64,000 bases of DNA from Camelus dromedarius (Eukaryota): NCBI RefSeq assembly GCF_036321535.1, contig NC_087471.1, positions 5,022,001 through 5,086,000 of the forward strand. The letters run 5' to 3'. The notes below the pieces were generated by a model. That model worked only from the letters and a program-made list of their open reading frames with translations, ran no database searches and was not told the DNA's origin. Every line of letters begins with the position of its first letter. Position 1 is the first letter of the stretch. Of the stretch, positions 28,692-40,200 are shown piece after piece. Position numbers and translations under genes: made by a program.

Positions 28692-29237
28692 CTGGGCTTC
28701 ACGGGCCGGGCGCGGCGCGGGCGGCGGCGGTCGTGGTGGCCGACGCCGGGCGCCCTCTCCCCATGAGCCGGCTCCGGGGCCTCCCGGCCGGCGGGCGAGG
28801 ACTCGTTCTCCCGCTCTCTGCTCAGCGCGCTCGCGCTCTCTTTCCCCCGAGGCGGCGGGGGCNNNNNNNNNNNNNNNNNNNNNNNNNNNNNNNNNNNNNN
28901 NNNNNNNNNNNNNNNNNNNNNNNNNNNNNNNNNNNNNNNNNNNNNNNNNNNNNNNNNNNNNNNNNNNNNNNNNNNNNNNNNNNNNNNNNNNNNNNNNNNN
29001 NNNNNNNNNNNNNNNNNNNNNNNNNNGGGTGTCCCCGGAGGGAGAGGGGGAGCCGGGCCGGGGGGAACGCGCGCCCCGGGTCGGAGATGGCCGAGTTGGG
29101 GGGAAAGGCCGAGGGGCCGGGGGAGGGGGTTGTGCCTGGAAGGGGGGCCGATCCCGCTACCCGGGAGAGAGGCACCAGCGAGGGCGCAGCACGGCGCAGC
29201 GCGGCTAATGGAGGGAGAGCCCGGCGGAGAGCGCAGC
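28692..29237 (-). other. HR non-coding exon 1 (5' leader), partly in an N-gap
   Basis: Strong donor CCCAG|GTAAGT at 28692/28691 inside a CpG island. The 5' end cannot be seen because of gap 2. Confidence 0.75.
28699..28764 (-). other. uORF in HR exon 1, 21 codons (MGRGRPASATTTAAARAAPGP*)
   Basis: ATG at 28764-28762 with G at +4; TGA 7 nt before the exon-1 donor. Confidence 0.7.
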
Positions 29238-31804
29238 NNNNNNNNNNNNNNNNNNNNNNNNNNNNNNNNNNNNNNNNNNNNNNNNNNNNNNNNNNNNNNN
29301 NNNNNNNNNNNNNNNNNNNNNNNNNNNNNNNNNNNNNNNNNNNNNNNNNNNNNNNNNNNNNNNNNNNNNNNNNNNNNNNNNNNNNNNNNNNNNNNNNNNN
29401 NNNNNNNNNNNNNNNNNNNNNNNNNNNNNNNNNNNNNNNNNNNNNNNNNNNNNNNNNNNNNNNNNNNNNNNNNNNNNNNNNNNNNNNNNNNNNNNNNNNN
29501 NNNNNNNNNNNNNNNNNNNNNNNNNNNNNNNNNNNNNNNNNNNNNNNNNNNNNNNNNNNNNNNNNNNNNNNNNNNNNNNNNNNNNNNNNNNNNNNNNNNN
29601 NNNNNNNNNNNNNNNNNNNNNNNNNNNNNNNNNNGGGGTGCCCCCTGGGGTGCCAGGGCAGGGCGGCTGGGAGGGGGCAGTGCCAGAGCTGGCAGGGGCA
29701 GTCGGGTTCTCACGGGTCAGTGATGGGTGCTCTGACCCATGCCAGCCACCCGGTGCCTGCTGGACCACTAGCTCCTGGTCCTCTTCAGCTCTGGCACATG
29801 GGCACATCCCGCTGGCCCAGGTCTGCCCTGCCTGGTCCTCATCTAGTCAAGCTCCTCTTCACTATTTCAGACCTAAGCCCCTTCCTGGGGCGCAGTGTCC
29901 TGCCTTGGCAGTTCTAGAAGGGTGTAGGCTCTAGAATGTCCCTGCTCTGAGGGCCTCGGTTTCACCAAGTGTCCGAAAAGGAAGTGGGACCAGATGTACT
30001 CCACCACCTGCTCTAGCTCCGTGTTCTGGGGGTCTACCCCATCCTGTGCTCCTGGTGTTTCCAGGCCCAGCACTGGAGAGGAGCCCATGGGAGTGGCTCC
30101 TGGGAGGGAGTAGAGAGGAGGAGAGGAAATAGGAAAGCAGGGCACCCTCCACCCGAGGAAGCATCCTGGCTCCTCTGCGGGGGTGNNNNNNNNNNNNNNN
30201 NNNNNNNNNNNNNNNNNNNNNNNNNNNNNNNNNNNNNNNNNNNNNNNNNNNNNNNNNNNNNNNNNNNNNNNNNNNNNNNNNNNNNNNNNNNNNNNNNNNN
30301 NNNNNNNNNNNNNNNNNCCTCCCTGTGGAAGCCATCCTTGGCCTGCCTTCACCCAGTCTGAGACAGAGGCAGGGCCACCCCACCCAGCCCCATTCCATGG
30401 AAGGATGAGGTCTCAGATGCCTCTAGCCTTGTCCCAGGTCACACCGCCATCCCTGGAGAGGGAAGCCGTGAAGGGCCAGGAGGGAAACTTCCTCCCAAAA
30501 GACTGAATGGAAGCAGGGATCCTTCCATCAGCTGAGAAGAGGAGGGGTCCTGAGGGAGGAGGCCTGAAATGTCTGGCACCGGCAGGACTGGGGTCATGTT
30601 GGCATCAAGTCTCCCAGCCCCTTTGCCTTCCCCCAGAGGCTGGCTCTGTGGCAGGGCAGGCTGCTAGGGGTTGTTTACACAACTGAGTTATTAACACTCC
30701 CTTCCTCCCCCAGCTCCCCCGAGGGGTGGCCTGGACCTGAGTTTCCCAGGGGAAATGATCCTGGAGGGTCTAACAGGGACTGCAGTCCTGAAGCCCCAAG
30801 CCCCAGCCTCCAGCTCCAGGCTGGCTCCGGGGATGCGGATGGGGGCTGGGGTGTGCCTGTGGTCCCCCATCTGTGTCCTCTGGCAACCAAGCTTGTGGCA
30901 GAGTCCGGGGGGAGATTCCTGTGGCTTGAGGCCTAGAAGAGGCTGGGCAGGACAGGGTGGGAGCCTGGGCTGTCCAGGGCCTCAAGGGCCTGTCACTGTC
31001 ATCTCCAAAGGGGGAACAGGGACTGTCCCAGGGGAATGGGACAGACACCTCCCCCCACCCCATTTGCCAAGTCTGCTTTGTCAGATCACAGTTTTTGGAC
31101 TTAACCAGGACCCTCAGGACAGGCTCCTGAAATGCACAGGGGGTCGTGGGAGGTGGGGTGGGGGAGTCCCTGTCCACCCTCACCCAGCTCCCCATCACGC
31201 TCTACAGCCGGGGCCCCAGGCCCACGGAGCCCTTGTGGCTGGCTGTTCTGTGCCTGAGGACAGAGCAGATCTGAGGAGATACACAAAGACACAAACACAG
31301 AGGGAAATCCACACAACGTGCGGCCACAATGCCCGATCCGGGGACAAAGGCGAGCTGACCCGCACCCCCAGGCTCGCGTGGGCCCACTCCGGCCCCGCAC
31401 CGACCCCTCGAGAGCGCTGACACACACACACTGATACACACGTTCCCGCTGACACGCGCAGCAGCACTCATGAACCAGCTGCCCTCACGCTGTCCCCAGA
31501 GCCCCTTACCTGGGCAAGCACAAGTGCCCCTCGGGTNNNNNNNNNNNNNNNNNNNNNNNNNNNNNNNNNNNNNNNNNNNNNNNNNNNNNNNNNNNNNNNN
31601 NNNNNNNNNNNNNNNNNNNNNNNNNNNNNNNNNNNNNNNNNNNNNNNNNNNNNNNNNNNNNNNNNNNNNNNNNNNNNNNNNNNNNNNNNNNNNNNNNNNN
31701 NNNNNNNNNNNNNNNNNNNNNNNNNNNNNNNNNNNNNNNNNNNNNNNNNNNNNNNNNNNNNNNNNNNNNNNNNNNNNNNNNNNNNNNNNNNNNNNNNNNN
31801 NNNN
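28863..31804. other. Four assembly gaps (N runs): 28863-29026, 29238-~29634, 30186-30317, 31537-31804
   Basis: N runs read directly, each flanked by G/C-rich sequence. Confidence 0.98.
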
Positions 31805-33204
31805 GGGCGGGGGCATGGGGGAGGGGGAATACCAGGGAGAATTCTCCCAGGACCTGTGGGGAGGGGCAGAGGAAGGGAAGTGTGGAGATGCTTCTGGAGC
31901 CAGGAGGAAGCTCTGCGGCAGATGCCCCCTCCCCTCTCACCCACCCACCCACATCTCTGACCTAATTCCTCTTCTCAGTCCGCACCTCCCCAGAGCCCCT
32001 CCTCCTTCCCCCCAACCTTCCCTCCCCTGCAATCTAGCCACCCCGGTAGAGAGAGCCACCTCATTCTGCCCCCAGGCTCAGGACCTTCCGCCCAGCAACC
32101 CAGCTCTGGCCCCCAGGATTTCCTGAGCGGAGGGCAGCATCCTCCCGCTGGGCTTCTTCCCCCTACCCTGCTACTGGGCATCCCAGTCCCTGATGCTGGG
32201 CGGGGGATAAGGGGCCAGAGCCCGGGTGCTCATCTCCTCAACCCTCTCAAGGGTGGGGCAGTGCCAGCCAGGACTCCCCAACTCAACCACGGGACGGGGC
32301 TGTGTTGAAACAAAAGGCCATCTATGCTGCTGCCACCCAGAGCAGCAGCTACAAATGCGGCAGGGGGGCCGCTGCACATGGAGGCCAGACCCAGGGAAGG
32401 TGGGCCAAGGCAAGGGGAGGCTGAAGAGACTGGGAGATGGAGGAGCCACCTGAAAGGTCCAAGGGACAGTGGGGCTGTGGGGAAGAGGGAGAAGGGAGAG
32501 CCAGGAATGAAGGGCCACCTGCACCTGGGAACTTCGAGGCAATGGGGGCGACCCTCAGAAGCAGGCAAGGTGGATGGGGAGGCCAGAGTGAGCACAAACT
32601 GAGCAGGGCTGGTACCCGGGCCAAGCAGAGGTGTGTGCTTCCGAGGACGCTGGCCTAGGCTCTGTAGCTCCTCACCAGTGCCCGGGATGGAGCCTGGTCC
32701 ATCTGTGTTCCAGTCTAGTTGGAACGGAGGCCCAGCCCTGATCCTGCCTGGGGAAGCAGTGGGCACACTGGTGGATGAGAGAAGGTGGGGGGCCGTGGGC
32801 AGGCCAGAGCACAGCCTAACCTTCCTCTTGGGGGCCAGGCCAGAGAAGGTGAGGGCTGGGCCAGGAACCCCACGCAGAAGGAGACAGTGCTGGGCAGACG
32901 TCTCAATGATTCTCAGAGGAACAGGACAGGCTCTGAGGGAAGCCCAGTCTGAACCCAGTGCCCCAGTCTCAGGATCACGTGTGTGCTTGGCCAGAAATGC
33001 CTCAGAACTTGGAGTCCTCCTTGCCCCTTTCCCCTCTGGCCCCAGGAGGTCTTGGAACCCGTACAACTGCAGCAGACATTTGCCAAATGTGTGTTACAGA
33101 AACTGGGCGTTTTCAAGGCTCTGTGATGGGCAACAAGGGGATGCAGGGCACAAAGATGAAAGTACAAGGTCATGCCTGCCCTCAAGGAGCTTCTACTCAC
33201 TTAG

Positions 33205-33900
33205 AGTGTGTTCTTTTACCAGCAAACATTCACTGAAGCCCTGTGCTGGGAACTGGGGGGAAGATTGGCATTGGGTATGTTAACAAACAGTGACAAGGTG
33301 CTTCCAGCCCCACCCTGGGAAAGGCGAGGGAGCGTCACAGGAGGGCCAAGGCTTGAGCTCAGAAGTGAGAATAAGTGGCCCTTCACCATGGATGACAATG
33401 TTTCACTGTGTCTAAACCACCATTTGTTCCAGTCCAGGATACAGAATTGAACAAGAGCAAATTTGTTCATTATGAAGTCATAATGCAGCAGGGGGAAAAA
33501 CACGACATGTTCAAGGCAAAAACGGAAGTCTGTGCAGGAAGAGAGATGGCAGGGTCTGGATGAACAGTAAACCCCAAGAGAGCAGGGGGAGGGCTTACAG
33601 AGGGCTTCCTGGAGGAGGTGATGTCGAGTTCAAAGGGGTTCAAAGGGCAAATAGGAATAGGACAGAATTGTGGGGACAGGTGGAGAGAGCATGTCAGGAG
33701 AACAGTGTGGAACCACGGAAGAGTCCAGACTGATGGAGCAGTTGGGGTGTAAGGATGCAGGTGTAGGTAGGGGAGGTGTAGGGGAGGCTGGTTGGGCAGG
33801 GAGCGGAGGGCAGCGGGCACATGAACACAGCCCACAGCATCTTGCGCCCAGGACAGGGTGAGCAGGCCAGAGATTAGGAGCCTCAGGAGACACTGGTGAG
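33205..33900. mobile_element. Degenerate L2 fragments
   Basis: cagcaaacattcactgaagccctgtgctggg and gggcttcctggaggaggtgatg are L2-like motifs. Boundaries are approximate. Confidence 0.5.
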
Positions 33901-34434
33901 TCAGAGAAGGCTTCTTGGAAAAAAGCAGGTCACGAAGGAAGGCCATGCTGGCCTAGAAGGAAGACCACTGGGAGCACAGGAGATTCGTACAGTGGAGCAA
34001 GGGCCTGGGGACTGATGCTGGAAGGAAAGCCATGTGTTCTGGAGACAGAGATAGGAGCAGCAGGGCGAAGGCAGGACTGTGGGGCAGCCGGGCCAGCAGG
34101 AGGCTGGGGCTAAGGTGGCCATCAGGGACCATCTCCAATTCAACCCTAGGGGCCAAGTGACCCTGCCACTCACTGGTAAGTCCCAAGCTGAGGAATGCAC
34201 ACAGGTGAGGCCCCAGCTCCCAGGAGAGCTTCCTTATTACCCCACACCTTCAGGCCTCCGCCAGCTGCGCCAAATTGGAGTTTTTATTTCATTTTGCCCA
34301 TTGATCATAGGCTCCTGTTTTGTTCTTTCCTTTTAGGGATGTGGATCCTGCCATTCCATTCCTACCGAGGCACTTTCTGGGCAGACTTGCATCAGGAGAC
34401 AGGGCCCTGGCCCACAGGCAGCACAATCGTGAAC

Positions 34435-34870
34435 AGGTTGCCCCACCTGAGTCTCAGTTTTCCCATGTGTAAAATGGGTGTAACTCCTACCTGACAGGCT
34501 TGTCGGGAGGATTCAAGGAAATCATCTCTTTAAAATGCCCAACACAAGGTCAGGCACACAATCAATGTTTGATATCTGCTAATTTCCTTCTCCTTGCCTC
34601 CCCGGCAAGACACACCTCATTTACTCTAGTTCTGCACAGTGGTGAAGCACACAGACTCTGGAACCAGACTGCCTGGTTCCAAGCCCAACTCTGCCACTTG
34701 CTAGCTATGTGACCTCAGGCAAATTACTTGTCCTCTCCGTGCCTGTCTTCTCATTTGTGAAATGGAGATTATAATAGTATGTACCCCATGACATTGTTGT
34801 GAGGATTAAATTAATACATGTCAGGGCCTCAGAGCAGCCCCAGTAGCACATTCTAAGTGCTGGCTGTCAC
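34435..34870. mobile_element. Two adjacent MIR SINEs
   Basis: tctcagttttcccatgtgtaaaatggg, and gctatgtgacctcaggcaaattactt...ttctcatttgtgaaatggagattataatagta. Confidence 0.75.
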
Positions 34871-36448
34871 TAGATTTTGCATCCCCAGTATCACGAAACA
34901 TGCCTGGGAGATGCTCAGTAAAGATTTTTTGAATGAATAAGTGAAGAGATAAGGTAGTACCATGTTGCAAGGGAACACCAAGATAGGGAGTCACTGAACA
35001 CCAAAATGTGAGAAGCTAAGCCTCCCAGCAGATTAAGTACTTCCCCCCAAATAAACCCAGATAATCCCCACACCAAGAGTTAATCCACACTCCTCAGGTC
35101 ACTCCGGGTGGCCACCCCATTTCCCCTCTCCCCACCTGACACTCTCACCCATCTCTTTGCTTAATCGAAAGGGCAAAGAAAAGCAGGTATGGGGATGGGA
35201 GAGGGGAGCAGCCCTGGGACACTATGGTGAGATCAGCATCGAGGGGCAGGATGGGGCAGAGCCGGGCACTGGCTGCCCCAGGAACTAGTAGGGGATGGAG
35301 TGGAGCCAGCAAAGAGCCTGGGTCTCAGGAGAACAGGGTATATTCGTGGATGGTGCAGGCTGAGGACCAATGACCACGAACAGCAGGGAGGGCCATTGGA
35401 GGCCGGGCCAGAGTTCTGCATCATCCTCCCAGCCAGCCAGCAAGCAGCCAGGCCCCTGCAGGGCAAGGCTCTGCACAGCCTCTGAGCCCCGCCCTCCTTG
35501 ACCTGGAAGCTGGGGGCAGCCCAGGCCCTGGCAGCTGCTGCCCTCTCGCGGCCACACCGCAGAAGTGCAAAGCTCCTGCTGCTAACCTGAGTGTTTACCG
35601 AACTCGGTGTCCTCGGAGCTGCCTAGAGACCCGGCAGGCCCTTGGAGGAAGCCCTAATCTGTGCCAGCTCCAGCTAATCCCCATGGGATTATCGTGCTGC
35701 CTGAGGCCCCTCCACACCTCTGTTCTCACTGGCTTCCACTTCCCATCAAGGCCCAATCCCACCTCCTCCTGACTGCAGTCTTCTTAGACTCTGCCCCCTC
35801 TCAGGGCTGGTCCCCAAAGAGCTTTCCGTGACAGTTCTGGCCACATCACAACTACTTGTCAGTGGCTATCTTCCCCAGAACACTGGGCCCCTCTAGCAGT
35901 CTGTCTGTCCTTTTAGCACTGTTCTTAGGCCCAGACTGGCCTGTGGCAGGCTGGTTAATAATATGTGTTGTGAGCCCTGGAACCACAAGCCAGGAGAAAC
36001 AGAACACTTTTATGCAATTATTTATCAAAACTTCCACAAACCTGACCTCATTCACCAACACAAACCATACAACAGGACACACACACGGCCTTGGAGAAGG
36101 CTGTCAAGTACTTTGAAGAACAGGAAGGAATGAACACAGCGGGGTGGGCTTTTGGTTTCACTTTTCAGGGGTCTGGGGAGGGCTCTGGTCCCACACCTGG
36201 GAAGGGAGAGGGGCGAGGAAGGCAATAAATAGAACCCTGGGCCCAGCCTTCTTTGGTACATCATGGGTGCAGCCCGCACAGGGCCCCAGCAGCACCTGCC
36301 CCTGGGCCCGTCACCGACAGCCAAGAGCCAGGAAGGCCACGCCCGGGCAGCTGGTGCAGCCAGGACAGACGTGCCGCCAGGGGTCTCCTCCAAACAGTCC
36401 CCAACACCCTGCAGGGCACGAGGTAAGACCGGGCCAGGCTCCCAGACC

Positions 36449-39400
36449 CTAGCTGTCCACATCTGAGGGCGCGGTCTTTTTCCTTGTCCGAACCTTCAGG
36501 GAGCGTGAGGTGCCCTGGTGGGGAGAGAGAGCAGGTACACTGTGAGAGGTGCGGGCTGAAGGGACAGCCGAGGCAGCCCACCTCCCTGTGTCTTCCTCGC
36601 CACTGACCTCCCGCACCAGCGGCTTCCTCTTGAACGCACGCAGGCTCTGGCTGCGGCTCAGAGGCTTCTCTCGGGGCCGGGCTGGCGGCTGGGGGACTGC
36701 TTCTGTATCTGACCAACACTCATCCTCGGTATCGCTGTCCCGCAGGCCCCCTGCCCGGTACCCTGTAGGAGGAGAGGAGGCCAGGAGGAAAAGCTGGACA
36801 TTGACATAGTCTGAAGGCCTGGGGTTGAGCCAGCCTTTCCTCTAGCCCTGGAGGAAGTCACAGTTTGCAGGAAGGAAGCCACCCCTCTCCAGAGAGCTCT
36901 GGGTCCCTCTGCCGACTCACCGATGGGTGGCCTGCGACGGGGTACCTGGTCCTCCAGGTAGAGGGGATCCTGGTAGGTAGGGGCGGGGACGTCGGGGATG
37001 GAGCGCAGGTCCTGCATGGAGAAGCTCCGCAGCCTTCCAGCCAGCGCACCCTGACTCTGCAAGGGAGGGGGAGCCGCTGTGCCACCTAGAGGGAGGGGCC
37101 TCAGCCAGGGCAGCGGCCCGGGGAATCGAGGCTGACCTGCAGGCTGTCCCTGGGGCACAGGCCTCAGTACTGAAAGCAACCTTCTAGCCCCCCCATGCCA
37201 ACAAGGGCCCAGAGAGCAGGAGCAGCAGCTCACGGTCAGTGTCAGAGCCAGGGAAGTCTGAACTTCCAGCTCCGTGCTCCTGCCAGCACCCCACCTGTCA
37301 CCTCTCACTCCTGTTCCCCGGCATGGACAGCTGCTATCTCTAGGCTCCCTGACAGAGAGCTGGACCCAAAAGGCCCAGGGGGTGGGGGCAGGGCTGCTGG
37401 AGGGCTGGGCCCAGGGCACCTTGGTGGCAGCCTGCACAGCGGCCGAAGCGGCAATGTTGAGGCCCCGCTTCCCAAAGCTGAGCACCGTCTCGTAGCTGCG
37501 CTCCTTGGCCTGCACGATGTAGGTGTCGATCTCCTGTGGACACGGGGGGAGGAAAGCTCAGGTGGACAGCCCGAGTCACTCCCCTGAGGACCCAGAGAAA
37601 CCACTGGGTGCCACGCCTCCTGTCCCCAACACTGCACAGTTTCCTGGCAACCACACAAGCACAGGGCTCCCCACCCCCTCACCGGCTCTCACACCTCAGT
37701 GAACAGCCATGCTCCAGCCTTCCCCCACCATCAAAACATCATTCACATGTGTCCCTCATCTGATTGTCCCAGAAGAGGAGGAGGCTTAGGCTCTGTCAAG
37801 GTCCCATCGCTAAACAGCAGTGGGACTGGGATGAGAGCCCAGGTGTCCCCAGTGTCCTGAACCCTGAGTCCAGGGCTGCTTCCTCCCACCTACCCCTATG
37901 CTTCCCGCTCTGCCACCTGCCGTGGTACCTTCTCATGGCGAGACAAGGACGGGTGGACAAACTTGCGGTAAAGCAGGCTGGCCCCCTTGGTGTAGGGCGA
38001 AAGCAGCCACAGCACGAAGGCCATCTTGATCTCGTAGTAGAAAGGGAACCTGGCAGAACAGAGGGGGTGAGGTTTGCCAGGGAGCCGGGCGGGGGAGGGC
38101 CAGCACCTCCCTGCAGCCCAGAGAAGCCCTGCCCCCGTACCAGGAAATAAAGATGTCCGTGAAGGTCTCCACTGCCATGAAGAGTGCAAAGACGATCCAG
38201 TACATCATCCACCGGACCTGGGGGATCAGGACGCAGGGAGGTCAGAGGCCAGCAGCTGAGCCTGCAGTGCCAACCCCCTCTGTTCCAGGCTGACCCAGCC
38301 CAGAGATTCCAGAGAGCCAGTCCCACTGCATTCCCCTGGCACCTGGCTGGCCTCAGAGAGCAGCTGCCACTCATTCCCGTACCCACCCCCAGCGGGCTTC
38401 ACCCACAAGATCATGCAAGGCACCCCAACAGCCCACCCTCCATCCACACCCACTCTGTTCCAGGATTCGCCACTAGATCATACCATTGGAGGAGGGGAAG
38501 GCCAGCTCAGATCCTCCCCACCTGGCCAAATCCTACCTCACCCCCCAAGGCTGCTGTCCCCCCACCTGAGCGGAGGCCTCCTGCCCACCCCAACACTCAC
38601 ATATTCACGAATGTTCTTGGTCTTCACAGCCTTGTAGGAAGCATAAGCTGGGTACAGCATCCCAAACACCAGCCTGAAGAGCAGCCCCCAAAGCAGAGGG
38701 GGAGTGTGAGGGGCACCACTCCCCGCGCCCCTGCCAGGTGGCCGCCTCCCACCTGGGTTCAAGGTGGCAGTGCCTGCCCTGTTCCTCCCGCTTGGCTTGC
38801 ACAACCTGTGCCTGAGTCAGTGCCCTGGAGGCTGCCTCCCCACCCTGCTGTTTACAAACATCCCAAGCCTGTCCAGGCCTGCGCCAGTGGCCCATGGGTG
38901 CATGATGCAGCGAGAGCACCCATAGCCACTCCACCAGGTGGGTAGGAGGCAGGCTTCTGAGCCGTGAGCACCAGGCTGTTTCCTCCCATGGGCGTGCAGT
39001 CAGGCTCAGGGCCACCAGGCCCGGCACTGCCAGGCTGCAGACAGGGATATTCAAGCCAGGTGCTGGAGTACTGAAAGGTGACGAGTAGGACAGAGTGGGG
39101 AGGCTGAGGCCGGGGTGGTGGGTCACGTGACTGACTGCTCAGCTGAGAAGCAGGCACCTGGATTCTCCACCCACAATGTGTCACAACAGCTTGTATTTGC
39201 CAAGGGGCTGCTGGCCAGCCTGTGGTCCTCTGGCCAACACACCTGTCTGCAATGTGTGTGACTGCAAGGGGTCGCCATCAGCCAAGTAGGCTTGAGGGTA
39301 GGGGGAAAGCACGCGGTGCCCGGTACCCTGCGCAGGACCGCAGGTCCGTTAATCCTTGCGGTGAGTGTTGGGGGAGGGGAAAGGTGTGTCGGAGATCAGA

Positions 39401-39523
39401 AAGCCCACTTTCCCACCAGACATTCCCAGCTTCCACCCCAGGGACAGTCTGGCCCTCTGGGATAGAGGGGTATGAGAGAGGCCATACTCACACCACCAGG
39501 CGACAGATCATCCAGGACACCAT
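36449..39523 (-). CDS. REEP4: Receptor expression-enhancing protein 4 (ER-shaping, microtubule-binding)
   Basis: Exons 39492-39523, 38601-38673, 38141-38217, 37929-38049, 37420-37533, 36921-37056, 36608-36762, 36449-36514 total 774 nt (257 aa + stop). Starts [28 protein letters not shown], ends APSDVDS. Confidence 0.97.
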
Positions 39524-39549
39524 CCTGCAGCCTCGGGAACGAAGGGAGA

Positions 39550-40200
39550 CCACCCCCGCCGCAGGAAGACGCCCAGAGGGACGCTCACGCCCAGGCTGGG
39601 ATGGGATTATCAGTGGAGGTGCGGGAACCCGAGGGACGCTTGGGCTGCCCCTTGGAAAGGCGGTGTCCGTCGTCCACTACCTCCGCAGTGCAGCCAGCCT
39701 GAAAATGGGGAAACCAGCGGCCCGGACAGGCAGGAACCGACTAGGGAGCCGGCACCGGCGGGCGCGCTCTTCCGCCCGGCCGCGCTGCTCAGGCCGTTAC
39801 GGCCCCGACCTGCACTTCCTGCCGCAGGGAACTAGGCGTTCGGCCCTCGCCGCGGGCGCTGCGGGTCTCGGCCCAGGGGTGGCTGGTCGCAGCCTGCGCT
39901 CGAGAGGGTCCCCGCGGTCCCAGCGCGCCGGGCCACCAGCACCAACCTCGGGGCGGAGTTTGCAACTCACTTGAAAGTTGCACGGAACTGGGCTCTGCCC
40001 AACCCCGGGTCTCCGGCGCCCGGCGCAGGCGCCTTGCGGCCCCGGAGGGGGCGGGGCGAGGTCAGGATGGCGAGAGGCCTGTCCCTTAAAGTGGCGATGC
40101 GCCTCGGACTCGAGGAGGAGGCCGGTAGGTTGAGTAGCCCTCCGCGTGGAGGTGGGAAGCGGAAACAAAAAGGTGGGGCGGGGGGAAGGAAATTTGAAGT
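39550..40200. promoter_or_regulatory. CpG-island promoter of REEP4
   Basis: CpG-dense, with GC boxes (ggggcggggc at about 40048) and ETS-like GGAA motifs. Confidence 0.8.

Larger units (their letters stand above)
28250..29237. promoter_or_regulatory. CpG island over the HR promoter and exon 1
   Basis: High CpG and GC density flanking the gaps. Confidence 0.8.

Noticed and set aside
28610-29917. 435-aa and 341-aa ORFs across the HR promoter
   Set aside because: They stay open only because N runs are translated as X. The flanks are GC-rich leader or promoter sequence with no recognisable protein.
29873-30352. Minus-strand ORF (…EQVVEYIWSHFLFGHLVKPRP…) that looks protein-like
   Set aside because: The nucleotide sequence resembles a decayed MIR core (cccacttccttttcggacacttggtgaaaccgaggccc) and the ORF spans a gap.
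39222-39974. 250-aa + strand ORF over the REEP4 promoter
   Set aside because: Low-complexity Arg/Gly/Ala/Pro product typical of stop-poor CpG islands; antisense to REEP4.
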